Below, piece after piece: positions 24,079 through 35,627 of a stretch of DNA of 64,000 nt. The stretch covers positions 14,322,001 through 14,386,000 of the forward strand of contig CM106586.1 of assembly GCA_048013815.1 (NCBI GenBank), read 5' to 3'. Position numbers and translations under genes: made by a program. The notes under the pieces are model-generated. The model ran no database searches and was not told where the DNA came from. It saw nothing but the letters and a program-made list of their open reading frames with translations. The DNA is from Setoptus koraiensis. Taxonomy: Eukaryota; Animalia; Arthropoda. Position 1 is the first letter of the stretch, and each line of letters starts with the position of its first letter.

Positions 24079-26784
24079 AGTAATAGCATTGCTAGCGTTG
24101 TATTCGTAGAACGAGACGGGGAGCAAGATTCGAGTGCACACACGCACGCACAAGCCCAGCAGTGCGCTTTTTATGACAGACGGTCAGGCTGAAACGTTGC
24201 TTGCTGGCTGGCTGGCATGCATTCGTTTGGTTCGATTCTTCGTTATTCTCTCGCTCTGCTGTTGCTGCCGCCGCTCGCGAGGCTCGAGCCTCGCTCTTGC
24301 TTCAACGCTGCTCACACGCTCACTGTGAGCGGCTCACACACACACACACACACACACACGCAGACAGACGGGCTGACAAACAAACGGACAGACAGACAAG
24401 CGCACAACGCTACAGCATAACGTCGACAAAATTGAACACACACACAATTGTTTGAAGCCTGTGCCGATACCACACGGACACGCGGCGGCGCCGCCGCACC
24501 GATAACCGAATACTCAACTCTCTCAAGTTCGCTGCTGCTGCTGCTGCTGCTCACCATTATGTGTATGGGCAATTACAATTGTGTGTGTAGTATTAGAGTG
24601 TGCGCCACAGCACACACTCCTTCACCTAAAATAAAAGTGTGTGTGTCTTGGGAGCATGCGCAACCTCCTTCATTTCAAATAATCACTACCAACTCGCAGC
24701 ATGCTTCATTCTTGTGTGCGCGACCCCCATGCTCACGAGGCGCCTTCTCAACTGTACAGGGTGTTACGATCAAGTATCCCCTTTCCTACTGCTTATTCTA
24801 CGCTGCCTTCCGCAGTGCATTTTTAGTGAAACATGACGGGCCCTACGCAAGCACAGATCGTGCGTGAGGCCGCGTCACATGGAACATGCTGCACTAAATG
24901 AGCGCGCACACTGTGCCCGATACAATACACGGTGTAGCGTGCACCGCTGGCAGCACATGCGATGCGATTCCATGTTTTGTGCCAGTGTGCTGCACGCAGT
25001 GCCTTACAGCCTGTACACAGTACATTGCCACCACTTTGCGCACACACAATACATGTTGATTTGCTGGCTTTGCTAGCACAACCAAAAAATTCTCCCCTCT
25101 CAACAAACATGCAACTACGGCCAGCACCTTATGCGCCGTGCGGCCCCCCTCATGTTCGCAAGCGGAAGCGGCGCACGCACACTTGGGGCGCGCATTTTAT
25201 ACAATAGATGTGTCGTTGGTCTCTGCTCTCTTTGATGCCATCAACTGGTCGAATCACTTCATCGTACGCTCTCTAACAAGCGCTCACATCTATTACATAA
25301 CAACTGCCTGCCTGCTTGCCACGGCAAACTGTTCATGCCTACAAGTGCGCAGCCAGCTTAAAAATGCACCATGATATCATAGTTGAAATCAAAGGGGAAA
25401 GACTGTCTTCATCGTCATCTCACATTGAAACCACTCAACACGACTAATGGTGTTGGAATAAATATGTGTATAGGGTGTAACAATCAAGTAGTCAATGAGC
25501 AATGAGAATACACTAGTGCCTAGTGTGCACTCTGAGCCCCCATTGTATAGCCATTTGTTATGTTTATGGCTACATTTTCGATCGAGTGCAATGAGCTGCT
25601 TTGAGGCTGCCATGTCGCAAACTGACCGGCCACGCATCAGATAAAGCCACCGTTGCCGCCATGAGCGCTTGTGAGTCCAGCAACAACATAATAGCAATTC
25701 ACGAATTGACTTGCTGTTGTTGTTGTGGTGCTCTTCGCGTCCTCGGACGAGCTCTCCGTGAACCGCGCTACAAGCGTCTCATGATGGACATCGAGATGTG
25801 CTAATACTCATTCTCCCCCGAAGTCCATTCTCTCAATGTTGAGGAGGGAATTGCTCTAGAAGAAACACTTGTTGTTTTCGATGAGAGAATTCCCCGGATT
25901 CGCCCGATGCCAACTCTGACCATCGCAGCCATGATCTGGCCGGCGCAAAAAATGCCCATCGCTTCTGAGCATCAGGAAATGCAATTATTTCGAGACCAAC
26001 TCACACACACACACACGGCCGCAGGTGAGTGACGGCGCAATCCTGAAGACAAGATTAGACATGGGCTTATGTTGCTTCAATGAGTGACTCAAGAAGTCGA
26101 GAGATTGTGCAGCTATCACTGACAATGGCTTGATGCGTGGAAACGACGGCATTGTGCCTGCGCTGTTGCATCTTCGATCGCCCTGTTGCAACCGGGCGAT
26201 AGAGTGACAAAGAAGACTCACAGAAACAATAATGCGACCTTTTGTGTGTGTATGTTTGCGTATCCAAACAATAATGAACTCTTGCTGTTCATGCTCCAAA
26301 TTTATTGCTATTGGACAACACGGTAATGTGAGCTGTAACAACTGACCAGCCAGTGATGGTCTTAATTAGAATAGTCAAACAATTCGTCTCGACAGGTGTC
26401 TAGTTTCAAACGATAGAGATGGTTACATTAGGGATATTGTTGATTCTATTATATCGAGCTTCATCTGGTGGTTTGCTGATTGCATTTGTAGACTAGAATG
26501 ACCATCCATTCTTTGGCATGAGCCGATCTTGATTACATGAGATGTTTAGCGCCTAAGGCGAGCGGTGTTTGCACAACGAGCATGTCTTGCGCACACGGTC
26601 ATACAGAGTGGGCAAGGTCAAGGGCACCGCTTCCCGTGCCGCGCGGTATCCCGTGTTGCGCCTGTTGCACAGTGAACCGCTCTAACAAATGTCGTTCAAG
26701 CGGTTCTAGATTAGAGACACCACGCTACAACGACTAACATGTCGTTGGCCCACCTGGGGCACGTTCGTTTACATCTGCCCTCAC

Positions 26785-26925
26785 CTGGCGGCGTTCGGTG
26801 GTCGTCAGCTGGCCATTTTTTTTCGCGCGAGGTACATTCCCCACATTGCCTCATATCGCAACTGAGGCACATGCTCTTTCTTTTTGCCTTAGCGCGCCAA
26901 ACTTGAAAACTATTTTTGCGCCCCA
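26785..26925 (-). promoter_or_regulatory. Putative promoter/first exon with E2F-like sites, possibly for the Df31-like gene
   Basis: TTTCGCGC (26821-26828) and GCGCGCCAAA (26892-26901; TTTGGCGC on minus) lie just upstream of a minus-strand CAG|GTGAG donor at 26785. The link to the Df31-like gene is inference. Confidence 0.35.
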
Positions 26926-27843
26926 AAATCAGAGGCCCAAAGATTGAGCAGTGTTACGGAGAGAATATGCTCGCTTCGAGCAGCATTTTTTTCCGACTAG
27001 TCGGCGACTGAAAGAGGATCTGTTCTCATCCAGGATATCGGGTAGAAAGATCTACCTGATCTACTGTCAGCAGAGTGAACGAGCAGCAGATGATCATTCG
27101 TAGATCAATATTCCACTTGTTATCACCCAGCAGTGGACGAGACTGTTCTCAACACTTTCCGGTCGAACTAGGTATTCAGAATGGAAAAATCCTCACACAG
27201 CTCTTGAAAATCATCGGAAAAATAACGTCTGTTCGGTTTTCCAAGAAATGTCTCATTCAATCGACGGCAGGCATTTTACTACTCGCATAATCAGCTCACA
27301 CGGGCAGTCATTAGTGCAAAATTGTCACAGTTATCATCTCAATCTTGACGAAGAATAACACTGATGACGACATGCAAAGGTTGGTTCGCACGTACGGGAT
27401 GTCTTGGCAAACATGGCTATGACATGAATCGCATCTAGCAGATTATAATGCGAACTGCGCATGCAGATAGCGTTCAGGGTCTAGGTCAAAACATGTGACT
27501 TCCATGATCTTCATGTTTTCAATTCACTCTTTCATTAGCACTATTATTATACTCTATTATTTTGTCTCACCTTTTGCAAGCTTGCACTAAATTCGTCAAA
27601 ATTCTATGGAATAGACTATCATCAATCTCCTAATAAAGGGGTTCAGAATTTAAATATCCAGGATTATTCAAAGATTCATGTACATGCTATAGGATCATTC
27701 TATACTGGTATGGACTAGCTCAACAATTTACCCTACCAAGCAAACCAGTGAAAATCGACGAATCATATAGATTTAGATCTCAGTCACATCTTTTTGGAGA
27801 CCCCTCATTGTTATATCAGTTAAAAATTCTATGTATTTTTATC

Positions 27844-28585
27844 ATGGCCATCTCTTTAAATGCTAGATCATTCATCTTGCACAGTATACTTCTCAAAAAG
27901 AATGTGGAATTAACACTTCATCATAGAATTCAAAAATCTGGCCTTGTCAATTTACCTGGAAATAACGTTCATAAGACAAAAAAGTATTCTGAACGACGTG
28001 TAATCGGGTAAGAATTTGTAGTAAGAATGTCCACGACATACACTTTTATTCAAGAATAACACATTAATACTTGATGTTAATGACAATGCCTTCTCTTTAA
28101 ATAATATACCCATCGACAGTTACTCACCAGAACAACTTTTTGATGTCGTGGCTAATGTTGAGCACTACCATCTTTTCGTGCCTGCTTGTCGGAAATCTGT
28201 GATTATACACAAAACTGATGATTATGTGCAAGCGAAACTAGAGATAGGACTTCCACCAATTCTGGAAAGTTACACATCTCACGTCAAGTTGATCAGGCCT
28301 CATAGTGTCTACGCAAAGTGCACAGATGGTGTATTATTCAATCATTTAGACACTAAATGGAGATTCAATCCCGGTCCCATACCCGATAGGTCATGCGTTT
28401 TAGAATTCAATGTAGCGTTTGAATTCAAGTCTTTATTATATTCTCAATTGGCATATTTGGTTTTTGATGAAATGGTTAGGCTAAACGTGAATGCCTTCTT
28501 AAAGAGAGCTCAGAAACTATACGGCCTTCAGAATCCGATTCATCATAATCAAGTTGGCAACGGAGATACTTCTGGATCACATTGA
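27844..28585 (+). CDS. COQ10: Coenzyme Q-binding protein COQ10, 2 exons (27844-28007, 28120-28585)
   Basis: Spliced product reads YSERRVIG|YSPEQLFDVVANVEHYHLFVPAC...LFNHLDTKWRF...FEFKSLLYSQLA, a START/polyketide-cyclase fold signature. GTAAG...ACAG phase-2 intron. Confidence 0.93.
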
Positions 28586-28600
28586 TATGACTATTAGAAA

Positions 28601-29197
28601 TCACCAAATAAGCCACGGAGGGTTCGAGACAGCGTAGGAAGATGTATTGACTGGGATAGTTATCAAGGCCCTTGTTTGAGTGTAGGCCATCAAAGTTTGA
28701 ACGATCATATGGCCATCCTTTCCTAGTAACGAAATGGCTGGTATACTACAATTACGAGACGTGTTGTCGTCAATCATCTCAATGTGAACCTCATCGTTAA
28801 GTTTGTCATAATCATAAACAATGAGGCCCACACCTCCACTAGCCTCAATCTCTATGCACTTCTGTAAGAATGAGCAACCTCCTCTTGCCACTAGAGCAAA
28901 ATTTCCTTTGAGTTCTAGCTTGTTGATAATTTTGTAGCAGGCATTACTGGGTTCTACCACTACTAATGCTATATTAACTAATTCCTCTTTAAATGGAACA
29001 CCGAATGATCTGGCTGCTTTAGCTCTAAATGTATATCTTAGATTTTCTGGCTCCACAACTTGGAAATAGACATCGCTTCCCGTCAGGTGTAGATGAGGCG
29101 TGTGTTGTTGTTTGATTAAGCATGACACTGGATGTAGATTGATCAGTATGAAATTAATTGCCACAAGAATGGCCGATTTAATGAATGCTGTGTCCAT
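28601..29197 (-). CDS. PRADC1: Protease-associated domain-containing protein 1
   Basis: Signal peptide, PA domain (ALVARGGCSFLQK), GKDGHMI and C-terminal PPWLIW. Confidence 0.92.
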   Translation of the reverse strand: MDTAFIKSAILVAINFILINLHPVSCLIKQQHTPHLHLTGSDVYFQVVEPENLRYTFRAKAARSFGVPFKEELVNIALVVVEPSNACYKIINKLELKGNFALVARGGCSFLQKCIEIEASGGVGLIVYDYDKLNDEVHIEMIDDNTSRNCSIPAISLLGKDGHMIVQTLMAYTQTRALITIPVNTSSYAVSNPPWLIW

Positions 29198-30151
29198 AAC
29201 ATTTAGAGATGTAAATAACGAATAATAGTAAAAAATAATAAACGAAAAATCAGTTGATTCCCCAGCCAGAGCTGAGCGACATAAATCACAAATATAGTCA
29301 GGCCTGGTGTTAAACTGCTAAAGCAGATAACGCACCAATGTTGCACTATCTGCTGGATCAAACCCTGCTTGTGTGGAAGAGCTGCGTGCACTTCTCTCAA
29401 GATCGATTTATGTAAGATCCGCTTGAGGCGCTCACGATTTTTAAAATCGATACTTCAGCTATTTTCTATGCAATCATTGACCGCAATCCCGATTGATTTA
29501 ACACTATAAATCAGCAAACCCTAGCTAAACTATCGTCTCGAGTAAGCAATGTTGACATTAATTCGAAAATTGATATGATACAGATTATCATATAGCTAAA
29601 TCAACTTTTATTAAAACTTGCAAAAGTTACCGTTCGACTTGTACCCTGCATAACCGATAGAGTTCTGTGTTTAGTAGGGACACTTCATATTCCAACAATA
29701 TGTCGTAAAATAGAAACTATGACTGATCACAGTAAACTGCTTGCTTGTCATATCCATGTGCTTTATAAGTTCGGGATTTAATTAGCTGAGGCAAGAATGC
29801 TTGCCTGGCACACAAGGTTTATCCCAGCTCCGAAGATGTCTTGAAAAGAGTGAAGATACAGCAATCGCAACGTGACACGTTGACTACGCATACTTTCTCA
29901 GCATGCAACACGACTTCTTTACTAGTAATGTTCTTAATTAACCACTGACCACGATACTGATCGAGTACGACACAATTGGTTTACAATTGATACTTGACTA
30001 CTTATAACCTCAAGGCAAACATTGAGACGATCATTCACGAGGATGATCAGTCAATATGGGTCTACTCAGATGTTACATAGGACAAATTTGCTCAATTGGA
30101 AACCACACATTCTGGATAGAGCGCAAGCAATATGCAAATACTTTCTTACAT

Positions 30152-30388
30152 TTAACTATTTGATTCATTTGTTTGACCTCCTTCTATCTGAACATTTTTT
30201 TCTTTCTCCATTTGCTCTCTCATGTGTCTTTCTTCTCTTTCCCTTGTTATTGGGCCACGTACAGGCGTAGGTTCCTGATTCCTGAACTTCGTTTCTGCGT
30301 AGTAACCTATGACACCCGCAACAAAAGCTATGGGAAATGTGAGTATCCTTCCAAATTTAGTGGCAATGAACCAAACAGCAGGATTCAT
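30152..30388 (-). CDS. SMIM12: Small integral membrane protein 12 (UPF0767)
   Basis: LTFPIAFVAGVIGYYAE...REER matches the recalled SMIM12 TFPVAFVVGAVGYHLE...ERREDR pattern. Confidence 0.88.
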   Translation of the reverse strand: MNPAVWFIATKFGRILTFPIAFVAGVIGYYAETKFRNQEPTPVRGPITREREERHMREQMEKEKNVQIEGGQTNESNS

Positions 30389-30691
30389 ACTTTATGATCA
30401 GTCTGAAAAATTGAGTATTCTTGTAGATTGATAGTCTATATCAACTAAGAGTTCAGAATGGTAAGTAGAGCTGAATAAAACTTGAACGACTTTGACTTGA
30501 CTTTAACGAACATCTACTGAACATGTGATATTTCCAATATTTTAATTCAAGTTTGCGCTCTGATACGAGCGCGAAAACTCAAAAAGTCACTTAGTCTCTC
30601 GGTGTAAAGGTCACTTAGTCAAAGATTCATGATAGAGACCGGCTTTTATATTCTTCATAAATGATTCACGGTGAAATGTCTGAGTGGCCTG

Positions 30692-33265
30692 CTATTGAGA
30701 GAAAATATTATCATCAAGTTCCGAACTACATGTATTGGAAAATCCATAATTTTCTGACTCTTCTGCGGAGGTCTCTTTAGGTAGGACTAATTTGGCTAGA
30801 CCTTTCTTTTCAGGTATACTCTGCGAACCTATTTGCTGAATTGGGTTGAATGTGTGAGAACTACCAGGAGTGGCCATCTGCAAACCGTGATACATGGGTA
30901 CAAAAGGTTGAGCAGTCGATTGTTGTGCTAAGTTTGGTAGTTGGGTATGATTAGATAAAATTAAATTTCCGCCTACATTCCGGAAGTCCGCGTCTATATG
31001 ATGACTCGCTCGGCTAGGAGATAGAGGATTTTGTAGGATTTGAGATTGCTGGCTCATACCATGTGTGAATTGGAAATCACCAAATTGTGAAAATGCAGGC
31101 ACCGGAGGCGTGATAGTAGGTGTCTGGTGAATAGGATTCGATCCAAAAGGCATCTGTGCAAATAAGTTGTTCAGCATGTGTTGGTAAATCAATGAAGCGG
31201 AAAATTGGTTGTTGGGCATGGGTGGGATCATTGGATTAATCATCATGGGTTGATGAGCTAACATTGCGGGTAAATCATTTGGATTGAAACCTTCCATAAC
31301 AGAACCATTTGTTGCTGGATTGTTATATCTTCGATTGTCTGCTTTACAGGACTTCAAGTAGGTGCTCCCAAGATGAGTTCTTCGATTTCTGAGTTTCTTC
31401 CCGACCCTTCTAACGGGCTTTTGCATGTCAGTGTCGGAGCTAACACGGGAATCGCGCCAACTACTATCTCTTGTTTGTTGAATCTCAGTGTTGTTGTTAG
31501 CTTCTTTCTCATGTGTCAAAGTCATATCAACAGGATCATAATGTGAGGAGTCTTCAACATTTATAGTAACATCTAAATCATCATGCTCTTTTCGACCAGC
31601 GTTATGGTGCCTTTTCTTGTAAACTTTATCCTGCTCAAGACCTTTCTCAAGGATACTTATTAACTTTTTGATCCAAGTTCTCATGTTAGCATTAGAACAA
31701 ATCCAGAGAATTCTTACTAAACCGATGCCGAAAGAAAACAGGATATAGAGATAATAGATGAATATTTGAGGACTGCTCGTGACAGGTGCATCATCAGATG
31801 TTGCTTTTCCCATTGAAGTTCTAAGATTTAATTCATGACCTATGCTCTTCTCCAGAGAATCCTTCCATGTACCAATATTGCTGAATTCATGCCATTGCAA
31901 GCTTATTAAAGAGATCAACCATAATGTTGTAACGACAATAAGCATAACCATAATATACAAGTATCTCGTTATCCTAGATCTCCTCGAACTATCCATCGAC
32001 CTTTGCAATTCAGAGCAACTCAAGTTTGATCTGACCAAAATCAAGGAAGTTTTCGCTAATTTAAAGTTTCCGTAGACTAACATGATTGCATGAGGGATAA
32101 TGTAAAATACCACGGCCATTAGGGGATCGTGCCTTCCAACAGTGCATATACCAAATAGATTATGACCATCGACTAAACCAAGGAACCATATTAGAACCAT
32201 CAGAATGAATGGAAATGTCAATGCAAAATATGATATCCTTGTGTCGCTTCGGTTTTTATTGGCGTTCCTGAGTCCCAGTTTTTCATAACAAAGAAAGCCC
32301 ATATGAGCATGGTATATGCACCCAAGGGTAGAAGAGTAGTAGGTCAAAACAAATGTTAACTCGCAAAGAAATGGTCCCGTTATTTGCATTCCATATAGTG
32401 TTGTGTCATCTGATTTACACGTAATACTATCGTGTGTAACGAATTGCATCAACCAACCTAAAGCTCCAAACCATTGACAAATAAGTAACCTATGCTGTAT
32501 GAGAGCAATTTTCGATTTTTTTGTTCCGATCCAATCAAGATGGAATGACCAAACACCCATTGATGAAGCTAACAGAATGAAAAAATTACACCATAGGATG
32601 AGATTCCTGATATTCTTATTATCCTTGGAAGAAAAGAATGGATCTTCGTTGCAAGGTAATGCACATCCTTCAATATTCTTGAGCCAGATTTGTCTGTCCT
32701 CGGTTGCAACAAGTGGATGTGGGCATCTAGCCAATGATATATTTACAAATTTGAGATCATGGTATTCGTTGGAACAGTTTTGAGCAAACATTCTAGTATC
32801 ATCACATTCTGGTATGTTGGGCCAGTCCACTATTATTTTACATTGCCCTTTTGATTTGACATTGAGGCACATTTCTTTGGTAGGTTTCACATAGCGCACC
32901 GATTCTGTCTCGCATTTGGGTAGTAACGATGAGCAAAGCATACTTTGTAAAGGTTGCCAACATCTTGATAGATTTCGAATGCTAATCCATTTCGATAGAT
33001 ATGATTCAATCTCATCTAAGTTAGTCAATCCAAGACTGGTTGCTAGATTGGAGATAGCTGTGTGCTTGTAAGGTAAATTTATATCGAGGCATGCTTGGCT
33101 TTTTAGTTGAATGCATTCTGGACCTTTACTACCAATTGTTGCAGTTATATTCTCATAACATTGCTGTCCATTAGATAATCTTGGAGATAATGAATGCAAG
33201 GCTTCGCTAGCTGTGATTGTGAGTAGATAAGAAATAGTAATAAATAATGTAGTCAGTGGTGTCAT
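30692..33265 (-). CDS. smo: Smoothened (class F GPCR), intronless, divergent
   Basis: Signal peptide, Cys-rich domain (CLDINLPY...SIRNLSRCWQPLQSMLC), linker CPHPLV...IEGCALPC, 7TM with DGHNLFGICTVG and NIGTWKDSL, and a long cytoplasmic tail typical of Smo rather than Frizzled. Confidence 0.9.
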   Translation of the reverse strand: MTPLTTLFITISYLLTITASEALHSLSPRLSNGQQCYENITATIGSKGPECIQLKSQACLDINLPYKHTAISNLATSLGLTNLDEIESYLSKWISIRNLSRCWQPLQSMLCSSLLPKCETESVRYVKPTKEMCLNVKSKGQCKIIVDWPNIPECDDTRMFAQNCSNEYHDLKFVNISLARCPHPLVATEDRQIWLKNIEGCALPCNEDPFFSSKDNKNIRNLILWCNFFILLASSMGVWSFHLDWIGTKKSKIALIQHRLLICQWFGALGWLMQFVTHDSITCKSDDTTLYGMQITGPFLCELTFVLTYYSSTLGCIYHAHMGFLCYEKLGLRNANKNRSDTRISYFALTFPFILMVLIWFLGLVDGHNLFGICTVGRHDPLMAVVFYIIPHAIMLVYGNFKLAKTSLILVRSNLSCSELQRSMDSSRRSRITRYLYIMVMLIVVTTLWLISLISLQWHEFSNIGTWKDSLEKSIGHELNLRTSMGKATSDDAPVTSSPQIFIYYLYILFSFGIGLVRILWICSNANMRTWIKKLISILEKGLEQDKVYKKRHHNAGRKEHDDLDVTINVEDSSHYDPVDMTLTHEKEANNNTEIQQTRDSSWRDSRVSSDTDMQKPVRRVGKKLRNRRTHLGSTYLKSCKADNRRYNNPATNGSVMEGFNPNDLPAMLAHQPMMINPMIPPMPNNQFSASLIYQHMLNNLFAQMPFGSNPIHQTPTITPPVPAFSQFGDFQFTHGMSQQSQILQNPLSPSRASHHIDADFRNVGGNLILSNHTQLPNLAQQSTAQPFVPMYHGLQMATPGSSHTFNPIQQIGSQSIPEKKGLAKLVLPKETSAEESENYGFSNTCSSELDDNIFSQ

Positions 33266-33702
33266 TGTGAATTCTTTGATTCCTGGTCAATCACTTTCTC
33301 AAATTGAGTATAAAGAAAATAGCTATAAAAATCCACATATTCTTAAGTTTTGGTCAAACGTTTACAAGATAGATGTAACAATTAATAGCATCATTGTCCA
33401 GAAAGTTGCTGGAATGTAAGGATAACGCATAGATGTACAATCAATCGGATGCAACGACTTCAAGTAAATAACTGAGCTGGTCAGTGCCGTCAACCATGTA
33501 CTCGGACAAGTGGTACGTGTTGAAAGTCTTGAAAGACTTTGCACATAGGTTGAGTGAGCTTCATCCAATGGACTTGCAACTAGTTTGAAAAAATCCGTTA
33601 GAGGCGCTCGCGACGCTTTGGAATTGTTTGGTCAATCATAGAGTCTCGCGTGAAACGAATGGGCCAAAATATGCTCGCCACCACACCTGAAATTTTCTCA
33701 TA

Positions 33703-34320
33703 ATGGACACAAGCGACATAAAGACAGCTTTCAAAGAGCTAATGTTATGCATTGAATCTAATCCGACAGAGGAAGAAGTAGAAAGGCTATTGAAAATACT
33801 AGAATGTCAGGTAGAATCCTCAAATCCCATCTTGGACCACGTCCCTCTTGCTTTAAAATTGGCTGATCATCATATAGAGAATCTGAAAAGATTAGGTATT
33901 CATTGGCTAGCTCGATTATTAGATTTTCTCGATGAGGAATTGAAAGAAAAAGGATACGATAATGTGATATTGCAATCTCTTGTTAGCAAAGCATCATTCG
34001 ACGATGGTCAAGTTTATGTAGATAGTTTAAATTTACTTAGTGAAAAGTTCTTCTGTGTTGATAAACTGCAGGACGAAATCATGGAGTGTTTGTTAAAAAA
34101 GATAGCAACATGTAATGACAAATATTTGAATAATTTCACTCTCGTCAAAATAATTCATTTAATTGACGTCATAGGCGATAATCTTTTGAAGCATTCAAAA
34201 CAGCTGTTAAAACTTATTGATCTAATCGACATGGAAGTACTTGAAGAGAGCGTCCTTGAAAGATACACGCAGATTTGTCATAAGCTTGAGGGTAGCCTTC
34301 CAAAAAGGCGACCATCATAA
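33703..34320 (+). CDS. Uncharacterised alpha-helical (ARM/HEAT-like) protein, 205 aa
   Basis: Clean ORF, Leu/Glu/Lys-rich amphipathic pattern, own upstream GC-richer promoter-like stretch. No family recognised. Confidence 0.7.
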   Translation: MDTSDIKTAFKELMLCIESNPTEEEVERLLKILECQVESSNPILDHVPLALKLADHHIENLKRLGIHWLARLLDFLDEELKEKGYDNVILQSLVSKASFDDGQVYVDSLNLLSEKFFCVDKLQDEIMECLLKKIATCNDKYLNNFTLVKIIHLIDVIGDNLLKHSKQLLKLIDLIDMEVLEESVLERYTQICHKLEGSLPKRRPS

Positions 34321-34321
34321 A

Positions 34322-35194
34322 TTAATAAAAACACCATTCATATCTATTCATAGTTGATGTAGACGCGCGCGCTTGGAGCGGTATCTGTGACGGCAAAGTT
34401 GGCTGCGTCTGATTCTGATAAATATTAGGCTGATGCTGCATAGGAAAATTATTTGGAGGATGAAGATGGGAATCTTGCAATTGAGCTCGTTGTGTGTGAA
34501 TATAGTTAGGTTGCATCAATCCCATGGTGTGTGTTGCTTGGTGCCCAGGCACTAGTGGTTGATTTTGATTTAAACTATAACTTGATGGTAGTGACGTCTG
34601 CGTTGATAAAAAAGACGTATAAGAGGTCGGCTGATGTGATACTGATATGTTACTACTACTAGGTACATGACTATGAGAAGCAACTCTTTGGTAAGGCTCC
34701 GGATATGGCCTAGCCCAAACTCTACTTTCGTTACCAACATTATTTGTCCTCCGAATCGGCCCGAACGACTCATGTGCACTAAAAGAATTATTCTTGGAAT
34801 ATCCTGAATCTTGGTAACTGTTGTGACTACGATAAGAGATCTGACTCTCTCGATTATCTCTATTGTCTCTACGACCTCTGTCATTTCGAGGGCAGTCCTT
34901 GGACCAATGGCCGCTTTTGCCACAACGATAGCACTGACCCTTTCCACCCATACCGGGTTTCTGCCTAACCTTACTGTGAGAGGCCTCAACAGATATTTTT
35001 GCATTCCTAATTTCGGTTCCATGCAGAGCACTTATGGCTTGCTGAGCCTCCTGATCTGATGACATGTGAACAAATCCATAATTTTTGACTATGTCACATT
35101 CAGCGACCTTGCCATATTGCTCAAAAACACACTTGAGTTCATCGGTGGTGCAGCCATCGGGTAAATTTCCCACATATATTTTGGTGGTCTTCAT
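34322..35194 (-). CDS. lark: lark/RBM4-like RNA-binding protein (one RRM plus CCHC zinc knuckle)
   Basis: TTKIYVGNL...ECDIVKNYGFVHM...SKVRQKPGMGGKGQCYRCGKSGHWSKDCP corresponds to lark RRM2 plus zinc knuckle. Confidence 0.88.
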   Translation of the reverse strand: MKTTKIYVGNLPDGCTTDELKCVFEQYGKVAECDIVKNYGFVHMSSDQEAQQAISALHGTEIRNAKISVEASHSKVRQKPGMGGKGQCYRCGKSGHWSKDCPRNDRGRRDNRDNRESQISYRSHNSYQDSGYSKNNSFSAHESFGPIRRTNNVGNESRVWARPYPEPYQRVASHSHVPSSSNISVSHQPTSYTSFLSTQTSLPSSYSLNQNQPLVPGHQATHTMGLMQPNYIHTQRAQLQDSHLHPPNNFPMQHQPNIYQNQTQPTLPSQIPLQARASTSTMNRYEWCFY

Positions 35195-35627
35195 GTTAAA
35201 TTATTGCTACAATAATGACTTAGGATAGTTAGATAGGAGTACCCCATCTTCTGATTGAGGTACCGAATAGGAGGATCCTGAAATGATGATAAAAAATATC
35301 AGAGTTACTGTGTGTTTGGCGCTACATTTAAAATCAGTAAAAGCACAAAAGTTGCGTAAGTTCGCGGATGCATAGATTTGTATTTGGTTGAATGAAACTA
35401 TTTGGTCGCAATAATTGGAATGAGTGTCGTTTGTCAATTCATAATATTGTTTCCGTTTGTCTAGTATCATCACACAGATGCATTAAAGCAACTTGTTGTA
35501 ATGATTTAAAGCATGAGCCGATTATAAGTGCATAATAACTTGGTCAGTTTGTCCAGTGTAAACTAGTTTTCGGTGTGCTACAAGTTGCGAATTGAAATAG
35601 CCACCTAGTTTATTATCTTTCATGAGT

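Noticed and set aside
25601-25804. Small ORF ending RALREPRYKRLMMDIEMC
   Set aside because: The poly-Cys comes from a (TGT/TGC) repeat; no homology recognised.
33362-33568. 68-aa ORF upstream of Smo
   Set aside because: Non-ATG start and no recognisable product; probably Smo 5' leader or promoter.
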